Under the pieces are notes generated by a model, which ran no database searches, was not told the DNA's origin, and worked only from the letters and a program-made list of their open reading frames with translations. Of a DNA stretch of 63,585 nucleotides, positions 42,666-50,318 are shown piece after piece. The stretch is taken from the IMG/VR virus record IMGVR_UViG_3300033997_000235, positions 1 through 63,585 of that record; one strand, 5' to 3'. The DNA comes from a virus. How positions within the stretch are numbered: position 1 is the first letter of the stretch; each line of letters begins with the position of its first letter. The position numbers and the translations under genes were made by a program.

Positions 42666-42844
42666 CGCACACCTCCCCGGCCGATCACGGCCAAACGCCC
42701 GTCGGCCACCAGCACACGGCGCTGGCCACGGATCAGAATCAATTGGTCACCCTCACGCGCTACGCAGTAGTTGCGGGAGAGCAGGAAATCGACGGACTCC
42801 CGCAGATCGCTCTGCAGGCGGCGCTCAAGCTTCATGGCTGTCAC
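42662..42844 (-). CDS. Hypothetical protein (60 aa)
   Basis: Short ORF filling the gap between coupled genes. Confidence 0.45.
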   Translation of the reverse strand: MTAMKLERRLQSDLRESVDFLLSRNYCVAREGDQLILIRGQRRVLVADGRLAVIGRGGVR

Positions 42845-43574
42845 CTCGGCGGATGCGGAGCTTGGCCAGCAACTGCTGGCGGGCCTGTTCTCCGGTGAGT
42901 TTGTCCAGGCCCTGCACGCGCATGACGCGCTGTACGAACCGTTCGCCGCGGCGCTCGGCCTGTTCTGGCGTCAGTTCGCGGCCTTCGCTCTGGTCTTCGA
43001 TGCCCTGGCGCGGCTGCTCCAGCGGCAGGCCAAGCGATGCACGGCGGCGCAGCTGGTAGTACGCATGGTCGAAACGCTTGCGCAGCGTCTCTTCGGGAAT
43101 GCTGCTGCACCGCAGGTTGAACCAGCCGACGGCATCGCCAGCCAGGCGCACCGCCTCATGGCTCCAGTTGTGCCGGCCAGGGTTGGCGCAGTGGCGCACC
43201 ACCTCACGCCACGCGATATCGTCGGCGGGAAAGCCAAGATCCTCGGCAGTCGGCGTGCACAGCTTCACGAACTTGCCGACGCTGGGCGCGAAGTCGGTTT
43301 CGAGCTGGCGACAGGCCTCGATGCCGTACCGCAGTTGCTCGATGGTGAAGATTCCGGACTTCATGAAGCCCTTCACCCAACTCCGCTTGGCGCGGCTCTC
43401 GGCCTTTTCGTTCGGCCAGGCCTGGCGCCAAGCTGGGAAAATGCTCTTGAGCTCTTCGAACAAGGTATTCACGATCGTCGCCGTTTCCGCGCTCGGCGTC
43501 CGCGCGCGGTTGTCCTGCACCGGCTCGGCCGGCAGGTTCGGCAGCGTCTTCAGCACTTCGGTCGCGGTTTTCAT
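42825..43574 (-). CDS. Lambda P-like replication protein (helicase loader)
   Basis: LFEELKSIFPAWRQAW...SWVKGFMKSGIFTIEQLRYGIEACR...APSVGKFVKLC matches the replication protein P pattern from memory. Follows the initiator gene. Confidence 0.65.
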   Translation of the reverse strand: MKTATEVLKTLPNLPAEPVQDNRARTPSAETATIVNTLFEELKSIFPAWRQAWPNEKAESRAKRSWVKGFMKSGIFTIEQLRYGIEACRQLETDFAPSVGKFVKLCTPTAEDLGFPADDIAWREVVRHCANPGRHNWSHEAVRLAGDAVGWFNLRCSSIPEETLRKRFDHAYYQLRRRASLGLPLEQPRQGIEDQSEGRELTPEQAERRGERFVQRVMRVQGLDKLTGEQARQQLLAKLRIRRGDSHEA

Positions 43575-44557
43575 AACCCGTCGTCCTCGTTGATCCAGTC
43601 CGTATCGTTCAGGCCGCTCTTCGGCGCACCGGTTTGGCCGCGCCGCTCCAGATCGTCTTGCGCTCGTCGCATCCAGTTGCGCCAGGTCGATGGCCAGTCA
43701 GCCATCGCCTTTCCGGTACCGGTCCAGTAGTCACAGAACCGTTCCGTCTCCCGATCAAGGTTCACAGCCGGGGCTTTATCCTTCGCCCAAGCCAACATCT
43801 CGCCCGTCATCAGAAACGGCATCTGCAGCGGCTTCCTCGGCTTGGCGCGCGTACTTTTCGGCTCGGCCTTCGCTGCCGGCTTCCTCGCCTGCTGTCCCTG
43901 TGACTGGTCACCAAGGGGGGGTAAAGGGGGTTCTATTCCCTGTCCCTCTCCCTCTCTATTCCCTGTCCCTGTCTTAGCCGTGTCAGGTGCGTGACCTGTC
44001 ACCGTGACAGGTCCGTGACTTGTCACGGGTGACTCAGGCAGTTCCAGCGCCGCGAATGCCTCGCGCAGCGCCTTCGTCGTCGTGTTGAAAGGCAGTACCT
44101 GGCCGGCCTCGCGCAGCGCTGCGAATATCCGCGCCCGGTCTTGCCGCTCCTTCTCCTTGCGCTTGTTCTCGCTCTCCTTCGCCGCCCGGTGCTCGACTCG
44201 CTGCGCCCAAGCGTCGATCGCTTTCTCAGCGACAACCGGGTGATACAGGCGCCCGTCTGCACACTTCACGAACCCTCGCAGCGCGCCATCGCGCACCTTT
44301 TTCCAGCTCTTCAGGTCACGGCCGAACCCCGCATAAGCAGCCAGGGCCTGCTCGGCATCCGGCAGCGAGCCGGCCGGTACCTGATTCCAACTTGCGCACC
44401 ACAGCAGCACCGCGGCGCGGAACTCGTCACCGCTCGCCTCGATCGCCAGGTCGCTGTCACGTAGCCGGTTCACATCCAGCGGCATGAACGGCAACCCGCG
44501 CAGATCAACGTCAGCAGGCACCAGCGGCGCCGGCAGATCAGTGGCTGTCATCAGCAC
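43571..44557 (-). CDS. DUF1376 (YdaU-like) replication initiation protein, O-like, with ori-like repeats in its linker-coding region
   Basis: N-terminal RGLPFMPLDVNRLRDSDL..GDEFRAAVLLWCASWNQVPAGSLP pattern. Position cro - initiator - P-like. Confidence 0.65.
   Translation of the reverse strand: MLMTATDLPAPLVPADVDLRGLPFMPLDVNRLRDSDLAIEASGDEFRAAVLLWCASWNQVPAGSLPDAEQALAAYAGFGRDLKSWKKVRDGALRGFVKCADGRLYHPVVAEKAIDAWAQRVEHRAAKESENKRKEKERQDRARIFAALREAGQVLPFNTTTKALREAFAALELPESPVTSHGPVTVTGHAPDTAKTGTGNREGEGQGIEPPLPPLGDQSQGQQARKPAAKAEPKSTRAKPRKPLQMPFLMTGEMLAWAKDKAPAVNLDRETERFCDYWTGTGKAMADWPSTWRNWMRRAQDDLERRGQTGAPKSGLNDTDWINEDDGL
43933..44035. repeat. Candidate replication origin: 2x CTATTCCCTGTCCCT direct repeats plus a GTGAC/GTCAC palindrome cluster
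   Basis: Direct repeats at 43933-43947 and 43956-43970. TGTCAC-C-GTGACA at 43997-44009 plus further GTGAC/GTCAC words. All inside the initiator gene, as in lambda O. Confidence 0.55.
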
Positions 44558-44726
44558 CCTCGGCAGCCAGGTAGTCGGTGACGATCTGCACTGTCGCCTG
44601 CTCAGGCGTCATGCCCTTGCTGCGCGCGTAGTGCTCAAGTCGGGTCCGCTGTGTCGCCGACATTTCGGCGATGTAGCGGCTGATCTCGTCATCGACCTGT
44701 TCAGGTCTTGGTGTTGTCATGCCCAT
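44538..44726 (-). CDS. Hypothetical small protein (about 62 aa)
   Basis: GGGAGG RBS before MGMTTPRPEQ. The longer track ORF is unsupported. Confidence 0.5.
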   Translation of the reverse strand: MGMTTPRPEQVDDEISRYIAEMSATQRTRLEHYARSKGMTPEQATVQIVTDYLAAEGADDSH

Positions 44727-44745
44727 AAGGGCCTCCCGAGGGCCT

Positions 44746-44931
44746 TCAGGCCGCTGCACTGGTTGCTTTACGCTCTTCCTCGTCGAGCCAACGCTCGACG
44801 ATCTCCCGCACCAGCACCGCGCGGCGTTTCCGCTGCTTGCGGCACTGGGCGAGGATCCGATCAAGGGTTTCGTCATCGAACCTGGCCTTGATCTCGTTTT
44901 CTTTCGCGGGGATATCCATGCATTCGTCCAA
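44746..44931 (-). CDS. Ribbon-helix-helix (CopG/Arc-like) small regulator in the cII position
   Basis: IKARFDDETLDRILAQCRKQRKRRAVLVREIVERWL has a beta-strand plus two-helix pattern. Confidence 0.5.
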   Translation of the reverse strand: MDECMDIPAKENEIKARFDDETLDRILAQCRKQRKRRAVLVREIVERWLDEEERKATSAAA

Positions 44932-44961
44932 TGTGTTGCGACTGACACCCCAGGAAGGCCG

Positions 44962-45165
44962 CTAGGTTTCGGCGGCGTCTTTCACCTGGGACGGGAAAGG
45001 CTTGATTTCCTTACCCGTAAGTGTCCCGTCGTCATTGACGATGACGGTGATCTTCCGCCCCTGATCAATGGCCTTCTTGATCGCCGGGCCGCTGCATCCG
45101 AGCCCTTTCGCGACGTCAGCCTGGCTGCGCGCTTTAACGAGCTCTGCCAGAGGAAATTCATTCAT
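44962..45165 (-). CDS. cro: Cro-like HTH repressor
   Basis: Start at MNEFPLAEL behind GGAGAG. HTH SQADVAKGLGCSGPAIKKAI. Divergent from cI across the operator region. Confidence 0.75.
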   Translation of the reverse strand: MNEFPLAELVKARSQADVAKGLGCSGPAIKKAIDQGRKITVIVNDDGTLTGKEIKPFPSQVKDAAET

Positions 45166-45197
45166 GTGCTCTCTCCGAAGGATCACTCCCGCCAGAA

Positions 45198-45266
45198 ATA
45201 GTAACCGGCGGTTAAATTGATATCAATACCGGCGGTTTCTGTAAAGGGCAAACCGACGGTTATACA
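45198..45266. promoter_or_regulatory. Immunity switch: three 11-bp operators AACCGNCGGTT spaced 24 bp apart, with divergent promoters
   Basis: Operators at 45203-45213, 45227-45237 and 45251-45261. Leftward TTGATA-N17-TACTAT. The palindromic TTGATATCAA could act as the -35 in both directions. TATACA lies immediately before the cI start (leaderless-type). Confidence 0.7.
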
Positions 45267-46064
45267 GTGAGCGTCATGACCAAAAAGAAGCGCCTATCCC
45301 CCGATCAGCTCAGTGAATGCGCGCGCCTCAAGGCGCTTTTTCTGGCGAAAAAAAACCGCCTGCACCTGAGCCAAAACAAAATTGCCGAAGCGGCAGGAGT
45401 GAGCACGCCCGCGATAGCCATGTACCTGAACGGCACCAACGCCCTGAACGCTCGGATTGCTGCAGTCTTCTCCGAACAGCTTCAGGAGCCGGTTTCGGCG
45501 TTCAGCACCAGGCTTGCCGAAGAGATTGCGCGGATGACGGGGACCAGTACGGATTCGAAGAAATCAGAGCCTGCTGGCTCTGGAGACAGGGAGAGCAACG
45601 TGATCAGTGCAGACTTTTCTCAGCGCGGACGCCTGCGAGACGGCGATCTACAGATACCGCAGTTCGACGTTCGCGCCGCAATGGGTGGAGGCCAGTTGCC
45701 GGCCGACTACATCGAGGTAATCCGCTATGTGACGATGCACAAGTCGCATCTGGAAATGCTCGGGATCACCTACACCTCGCCCGAGAATCTGGCGATCATG
45801 ACCGGCTGGGGCCAGTCGATGAAGGGCACGATCAACCATGGCGAACCCGTGTTCGTCGATCGCGGCGTCACGTCATTCATTGGCGATGGCGTCTATGCCT
45901 TTACCTGGGACGGATTGCTCTACCTGAAGCGCCTGCAGAAGGAGTCGAGAACGCACTTTCGGGTCATTTCCGACAATCAACTGCACCAGTCATTTTCGGT
46001 CCCGATTGAGGAAGTAATCATTCACGCCCGGGCGCTGCTGGCCTGGAACGCGAATAAGCTCTGA
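45267..46064 (+). CDS. cI: CI-type prophage repressor (XRE HTH + S24 LexA-like autopeptidase domain)
   Basis: N-terminal HTH LSQNKIAEAAGVSTPAIAMYLNG. C-terminal GWGQSMKGTI (Ser) and LYLKRLQ (Lys). The start could be GTG 45267 or ATG 45276. Confidence 0.85.
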   Translation: MSVMTKKKRLSPDQLSECARLKALFLAKKNRLHLSQNKIAEAAGVSTPAIAMYLNGTNALNARIAAVFSEQLQEPVSAFSTRLAEEIARMTGTSTDSKKSEPAGSGDRESNVISADFSQRGRLRDGDLQIPQFDVRAAMGGGQLPADYIEVIRYVTMHKSHLEMLGITYTSPENLAIMTGWGQSMKGTINHGEPVFVDRGVTSFIGDGVYAFTWDGLLYLKRLQKESRTHFRVISDNQLHQSFSVPIEEVIIHARALLAWNANKL

Positions 46065-46067
46065 GCG

Positions 46068-46448
46068 ATGAACTGGGACGCGGCGACACGCGCGCAGTTG
46101 CAGGCCAAGTATCCGCGCACACACAAGGGCCTAGCTTCTCTCGTCATGGCAATGGAATACGCCGCCCACAACATGGGCAAGCGGACTTGGTATGGCGCCG
46201 ACAAAGGGAAGAAGGCCTATCACAAGATAGGCGCCGGCCTGCGCGATACAGTGCAAGCGCTGCATGCCGAACACCTCGTCTCTCATGATTCCCCACCGGA
46301 CCAGGTCCTTTCCAAACTGGTCACGATGCTAGGCCTGTTCCAGCAGGCCTATCCGAACTGGCCGGCTGCATACGGTTTCGCTCAGCGCTTTTTTGCGACA
46401 GAACCCGAGCTTACTTTCGCAGTTATAAATTTCGTTCGTGCCCGCTAA
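46068..46448 (+). CDS. Hypothetical 126-aa protein co-transcribed with cI
   Basis: ATG 3 nt after the cI stop. No recognisable signature. Confidence 0.6.
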   Translation: MNWDAATRAQLQAKYPRTHKGLASLVMAMEYAAHNMGKRTWYGADKGKKAYHKIGAGLRDTVQALHAEHLVSHDSPPDQVLSKLVTMLGLFQQAYPNWPAAYGFAQRFFATEPELTFAVINFVRAR

Positions 46449-46576
46449 TGCCGTTCTGGTTTCGCTTCTTCGATGCCCTTTCCCGCGGCGACAGGCGCGC
46501 TTATAAACGCCTGATTATCTGGGCATTGATCGTCGTTTCGGTCGCACTTCTACTGCTCGTCATCCAGGGCTTCTAA
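46448..46576 (+). CDS. Possible 42-aa single-pass membrane protein co-transcribed with cI
   Basis: TAATG overlap with the upstream stop. MPFWFRFFDALSRGDRRAYKRLIIWALIVVSVALLLLVIQGF. Below the ORF-track cut-off. Confidence 0.45.
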   Translation: MPFWFRFFDALSRGDRRAYKRLIIWALIVVSVALLLLVIQGF

Positions 46577-46584
46577 CCCGCTGT

Positions 46585-46613
46585 TGTCACGGTGACAGGT
46601 CACGTCCTGTCAC
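46585..46613. promoter_or_regulatory. TGTCAC-G-GTGACA palindrome plus two more GTCAC words between the cI operon and the early-left promoter
   Basis: TGTCACGGTGACAGGTC here versus TGTCACCGTGACAGGTC inside the ori-like region (43997-44013). Confidence 0.6.
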
Positions 46614-46643
46614 TGGCTCGCACATTCGTGCGATAAAAATATT

Positions 46644-46683
46644 AACCGCCGGTATTGACGTATAGCCAACCGGCGGTTAATTT
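46644..46683 (+). promoter_or_regulatory. Early-left (PL-like) promoter with two cI-type operators
   Basis: AACCGCCGGTA at 46644-46654 and AACCGGCGGTT at 46668-46678, 24 bp apart. TTGACG (46655-46660), N17, TAATTT (46678-46683). Confidence 0.7.
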
Positions 46684-46724
46684 TGCCTCCAAGCAACGCC
46701 GAAAGGCCACCACGGAGGCAAGCC

Positions 46725-47084
46725 ATGTATCTGCATCCCAACCTGATCAACAGCGCCAACCCGCTGCCGTATCCGGGCCTTCCGGAGCGTGAAGAACTGC
46801 GCAAGCGCACCCTGGATGTGATGCGTCGCGTCGTGCTGAACGATTTGCAGCAAGGCGTTCCGGCAGTGTCCGAGGCCTTCGCCCAGTTCTGCGCCGACCG
46901 TTTCGACAATGACCTGCGCTATCTGCTGTGCATATCCAGCGTCACCCAGGCGAAAGGCGCACTGGCCATGACCAACAAGTGGGTGGCAGAGCACGTCGAG
47001 AAGTGCCGCCCGCTGTTCGTCGAAGAAGAGATTGAGCGCCGCATCCTGGCCGAGAAGTTCGCCGCCCAGGAGCTGCCGCAATGA
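46725..47084 (+). CDS. First early-left gene, hypothetical (119 aa)
   Basis: ATG 46725 behind GGAGG. The track start 46683 lies inside the promoter. Confidence 0.6.
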   Translation: MYLHPNLINSANPLPYPGLPEREELRKRTLDVMRRVVLNDLQQGVPAVSEAFAQFCADRFDNDLRYLLCISSVTQAKGALAMTNKWVAEHVEKCRPLFVEEEIERRILAEKFAAQELPQ

Positions 47085-47233
47085 TCCGCGCCAACAACTG
47101 GCGCCGGAACCTCGACCCGCGCGATCCCGACTACCTCGACCCGCTCACCGATGAAGAGTTGGCCGAGCAAGAGGATGACGAAGCCTGGCTGGCCGAGTGC
47201 CGCGAGCAGGATGCGGAGGTGGCTTATGTCTAA
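47081..47233 (+). CDS. Hypothetical acidic 50-aa protein
   Basis: ATGA overlap with the upstream stop. Below the track cut-off. Confidence 0.45.
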   Translation: MIRANNWRRNLDPRDPDYLDPLTDEELAEQEDDEAWLAECREQDAEVAYV

Positions 47234-47441
47234 GACCTCCCACGCCCTGATCCAGCGCGCCATCGGCCAACACCTTCTGCAGGAAGGCCAGCCGGTAATC
47301 CTGCAAGCGGTCACCAAGGCCTACGCCGACGGAATGATCGAACTGGCCTACGCGGAAAGCCTGATCACCGACGCCGAGCACGACGACTACCGCACTCAAC
47401 TGGCGGTGATAGGCAAACGCATGGAGGTGAACCGTGGTTAG
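47226..47441 (+). CDS. Hypothetical 71-aa protein
   Basis: Starts at MSKTSHALIQ, overlapping the upstream stop. Confidence 0.5.
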   Translation: MSKTSHALIQRAIGQHLLQEGQPVILQAVTKAYADGMIELAYAESLITDAEHDDYRTQLAVIGKRMEVNRG

Positions 47442-47574
47442 CCCCTTCACAGGCCGCTGCTTTGCCGAGGCATTCGCCCGCGCAACTGCCGCCGGCGTGA
47501 CCGATATCCGCCAGATCAAGCGAACCGTCCGCCGTCGCGGCATGTGGTTCATCACCTGCGAGGTGCCGGCATGA
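47434..47574 (+). CDS. Possible 46-aa protein (GTG start)
   Basis: GGAGGT RBS 5 nt upstream. Overlaps neighbouring genes at both ends. Confidence 0.35.
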   Translation: MVSPFTGRCFAEAFARATAAGVTDIRQIKRTVRRRGMWFITCEVPA

Positions 47575-47675
47575 GCCGTTTCACGAAAGACACCCTGCGC
47601 TCAGCAGCCGTGTGGCTCGCCATCTGGGGCGCCTTCATCGCTGCAGCCCTGATCAAGTACGGAGTACCCGCATGA
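47571..47675 (+). CDS. Possible 34-aa membrane peptide
   Basis: ATGA overlaps at both ends. Hydrophobic AAVWLAIWGAFIAAALI. Confidence 0.35.
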   Translation: MSRFTKDTLRSAAVWLAIWGAFIAAALIKYGVPA

Positions 47676-47914
47676 CAACAACAGCCACAGCACAGGCCGC
47701 AACAGAGGATCGCCTGATTCGTTTGCCGGAAGTGATCAAGGCGACCGGCCTCTCGAAGTCGACTATCCGCCGGCTGTGCCTGGAAAAGAAATTTCCGGCC
47801 AAACGGAAGCTGATGGGAGACGGCCCGAAAGACCCCGTCGCCTGGTCTGCAAACGAAGTTCAGGCCTGGATCAATCAACGCAAGAACCCCGCCAACGACG
47901 GCGAAGAACAGTAG
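47672..47914 (+). CDS. alpA: AlpA-family HTH protein (excisionase or transcriptional regulator candidate)
   Basis: LIRLPEVIKATGLSKSTIRRLCLEKKFPAKRKL matches the AlpA/Xis-type pattern. Confidence 0.7.
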   Translation: MTTTATAQAATEDRLIRLPEVIKATGLSKSTIRRLCLEKKFPAKRKLMGDGPKDPVAWSANEVQAWINQRKNPANDGEEQ

Positions 47915-47925
47915 GAGCCAGCAAC

Positions 47926-48588
47926 ATGGAACAGACCAACAAGATGGCGTTGCTTTATGCCGCCCTCGCCAGTGCTCAGGCCGAGTACTCACCGCTGGCC
48001 AAGAACCGCACCGTCAAGATTCGCACCCGCACCAACGGCGAGTATGAGTTTCGCTACGCCGATCTTGAGGCAGTGTTCAGCAGCACCAGGCCTGCGCTTA
48101 CCAAGCACGGCATCAGCTTCATCCAGACCATTCAGCCTGCAAACGGCCGCAGCTCGCTGATCACCATGCTCGCCCACAAAGACGGCGGCGTCCTGACCTC
48201 TGAGATTGAGTTCAGCATGCCCCAAAGCGGCGATATCAAGGATTTCGGCGCGCACCTCACCTACCTGCGCCGCTACGCAGCAACTGCCCTTCTCGGCGTT
48301 GCAGCTGATGACGACCTTGATCAGAACGGCGAAGGCGCCGGCGAAGGCGATCGGAAACCAGCAAGCCAGCAATCGCAGAACGAGCCTGCACCGGAGCAAA
48401 CCCCCACCGGCAAGCCCGCCTATTCCGACAAGAAGCTGCAGGAAATGCTGCCGAAATGGCGCGCCCTGATTGCTTCCGGCCAGAAGTCCGCCGACCGCGT
48501 GATCGCCACCGTCAGCAGCGGCAACACCCTCACCGAAGACCAGATCGCGCAGATCCGTGCGCTCGAAGAAGAGGAAGCACAAGCATGA
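47926..48588 (+). CDS. erf: ERF-family single-strand annealing protein
   Basis: Starts at MEQTNK behind AGGAG. ALASAQAEYSPLAKNRTV...YEFRYADLEAVFSSTRPALTKHGISFIQ pattern. Confidence 0.8.
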   Translation: MEQTNKMALLYAALASAQAEYSPLAKNRTVKIRTRTNGEYEFRYADLEAVFSSTRPALTKHGISFIQTIQPANGRSSLITMLAHKDGGVLTSEIEFSMPQSGDIKDFGAHLTYLRRYAATALLGVAADDDLDQNGEGAGEGDRKPASQQSQNEPAPEQTPTGKPAYSDKKLQEMLPKWRALIASGQKSADRVIATVSSGNTLTEDQIAQIRALEEEEAQA

Positions 48589-50243
48589 AAATCCACGACG
48601 TAACCCAGGGCTCGCTCGAGTGGCACGTACTGCGCAGCAGCCATTTCACCGCCAGCGAAGCGCCGGCCATGATGGGCGCCTCGAAGTACATGACCCGCGC
48701 CGAACTGCTGCGCCAGAAGAAGACCGGCCTCGCTCCCGAGGTGACTCCGGCCAAGCAGGCGCTGTTCGACCGCGGCCACGCCGCCGAGGAATCGGCACGG
48801 GCCATCCTGTCCGCCCAGCTCGGCGAAGACCTCTACCCGGTCACCTGCACCCGCGGCAACCTGCTGGCCAGCCTGGATGGCATGGACATGGCCGAGAAGG
48901 TCCTGTTCGAGCACAAGCTGTGGAATGAAGACCTGGCCGCCCAGGTGCGCGCTGAAGATCTCGATCCGCACTACTACTGGCAGTTGGAGCAGCAACTGCT
49001 GGTCACCGGCGCCGACAAAGTGATCTTCGTCTGCTCCGACGGCACCGAAAACAACTTCGTTTCGATGGAGTATGTCGCGCAGCCTGGCCGCGCCGAAGCC
49101 CTGGTGGCCGGCTGGGATCAGTTCGCCGCCGACCTCGAAACCCAGGAAGCGCCCGCCGCCAAGCCAGTGGAGAAGATCGGCCGCGCCCCGGAAATGCTAC
49201 CGGCCATTCACGTCGAGGTCACCGGCATGGTCAAGGCCTCCAACCTCGACCAGTTCCGCGCGCTCGCCCTGGCCGCGATCGGCAACATCAACACCGACCT
49301 GCAAGACGACCAAGACTTCGCAGACGCCGAGAAGACCGTGAAGTGGTGCACCGACGTCGAGTCGCGGCTGGCCGCCACCAAGGAACACATCCTGGGCCAG
49401 GCCCAGGATATCGACGCGGTGATCCGCACCCTGGACGAGGTCAACGAAGAAGCCCGCCAGGTGCGCCTGCGCCTGGAAAAGCTGGTGAAGTCCCGCAAGC
49501 AAGAGATCCGCGACAAGATCGTGCTGGACGCCAACGAGGCCTTTCGCAAGCACCTGGCTGAACTCGAAGCCGGCTTCGGCGGCAATATCCGCATGCCGGC
49601 CGTTGCCATCGACGTAGCCAATGCCATCAAGGGCAAGAAGACCATCACCAGCCTGCGCGACGCCGCCGATACCGAACTGGCGCGCGCCAAGGTTGAGGCC
49701 AGCACCATTGCCACCGGCATCACCCACAACCTGACCACCCTGCGCGATCAGGCCGCTGGCTTCGAGTTCCTGTTCCACGACGCTCAGCAACTGGTACTCA
49801 AGGCCAGTGAAGACCTGCAGGCGGTGATCAGCAACCGCATCAACGAACACAAGCAGGCCGAACAGCTTCGCCAGGATCAAGAGCGCGAGCGCATCCGCCA
49901 GGAAGAGCTGAAGAAGATCGAGGACCAGAAACTGGCCGAGCAGCAAGCAGCAGCCCAGCCAGCCGAGCCCGCACCAATCCATACCGCTGCAGCCGCAGAG
50001 CCCGCAGCAGTTCAGCCTGTGAAGCAACAGGCCCCGGCCGACGATGGCCAACGCATCAAGCTCGGCGATATCAACAGCACCCTCGGCTTCACCGTAACCG
50101 CCGAGTTCCTGCGCTCGCTGGGCTTCGACGCCATCGATCGCAAGGGCAATGCGGTGCTGTACCGCTCCAGCGACTGGCCGCGCATCTGTGCCGCCCTGGT
50201 GCAACACATCAACAGCGTAGCGACCCAGAAAGCCGCCGCCTAA
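48585..50243 (+). CDS. YqaJ-type (lambda Exo-like PD-(D/E)XK) exonuclease fused to a roughly 350-aa coiled-coil and C-terminal extension
   Basis: GSLEWHVLRSSHFTASEAPAMMG..., D..E.K (LDGMD..LFEHKLW), YYWQLEQQLLVTG. Total length 552 aa. Confidence 0.75.
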   Translation: MKIHDVTQGSLEWHVLRSSHFTASEAPAMMGASKYMTRAELLRQKKTGLAPEVTPAKQALFDRGHAAEESARAILSAQLGEDLYPVTCTRGNLLASLDGMDMAEKVLFEHKLWNEDLAAQVRAEDLDPHYYWQLEQQLLVTGADKVIFVCSDGTENNFVSMEYVAQPGRAEALVAGWDQFAADLETQEAPAAKPVEKIGRAPEMLPAIHVEVTGMVKASNLDQFRALALAAIGNINTDLQDDQDFADAEKTVKWCTDVESRLAATKEHILGQAQDIDAVIRTLDEVNEEARQVRLRLEKLVKSRKQEIRDKIVLDANEAFRKHLAELEAGFGGNIRMPAVAIDVANAIKGKKTITSLRDAADTELARAKVEASTIATGITHNLTTLRDQAAGFEFLFHDAQQLVLKASEDLQAVISNRINEHKQAEQLRQDQERERIRQEELKKIEDQKLAEQQAAAQPAEPAPIHTAAAAEPAAVQPVKQQAPADDGQRIKLGDINSTLGFTVTAEFLRSLGFDAIDRKGNAVLYRSSDWPRICAALVQHINSVATQKAAA

Positions 50244-50318
50244 CCCGAAACCCTGAATAGCCGACCGCGCCGGCCAATCCGGCGTGGGTTGGGGTTCCTA
50301 CACCCTGGAGCACACAAA

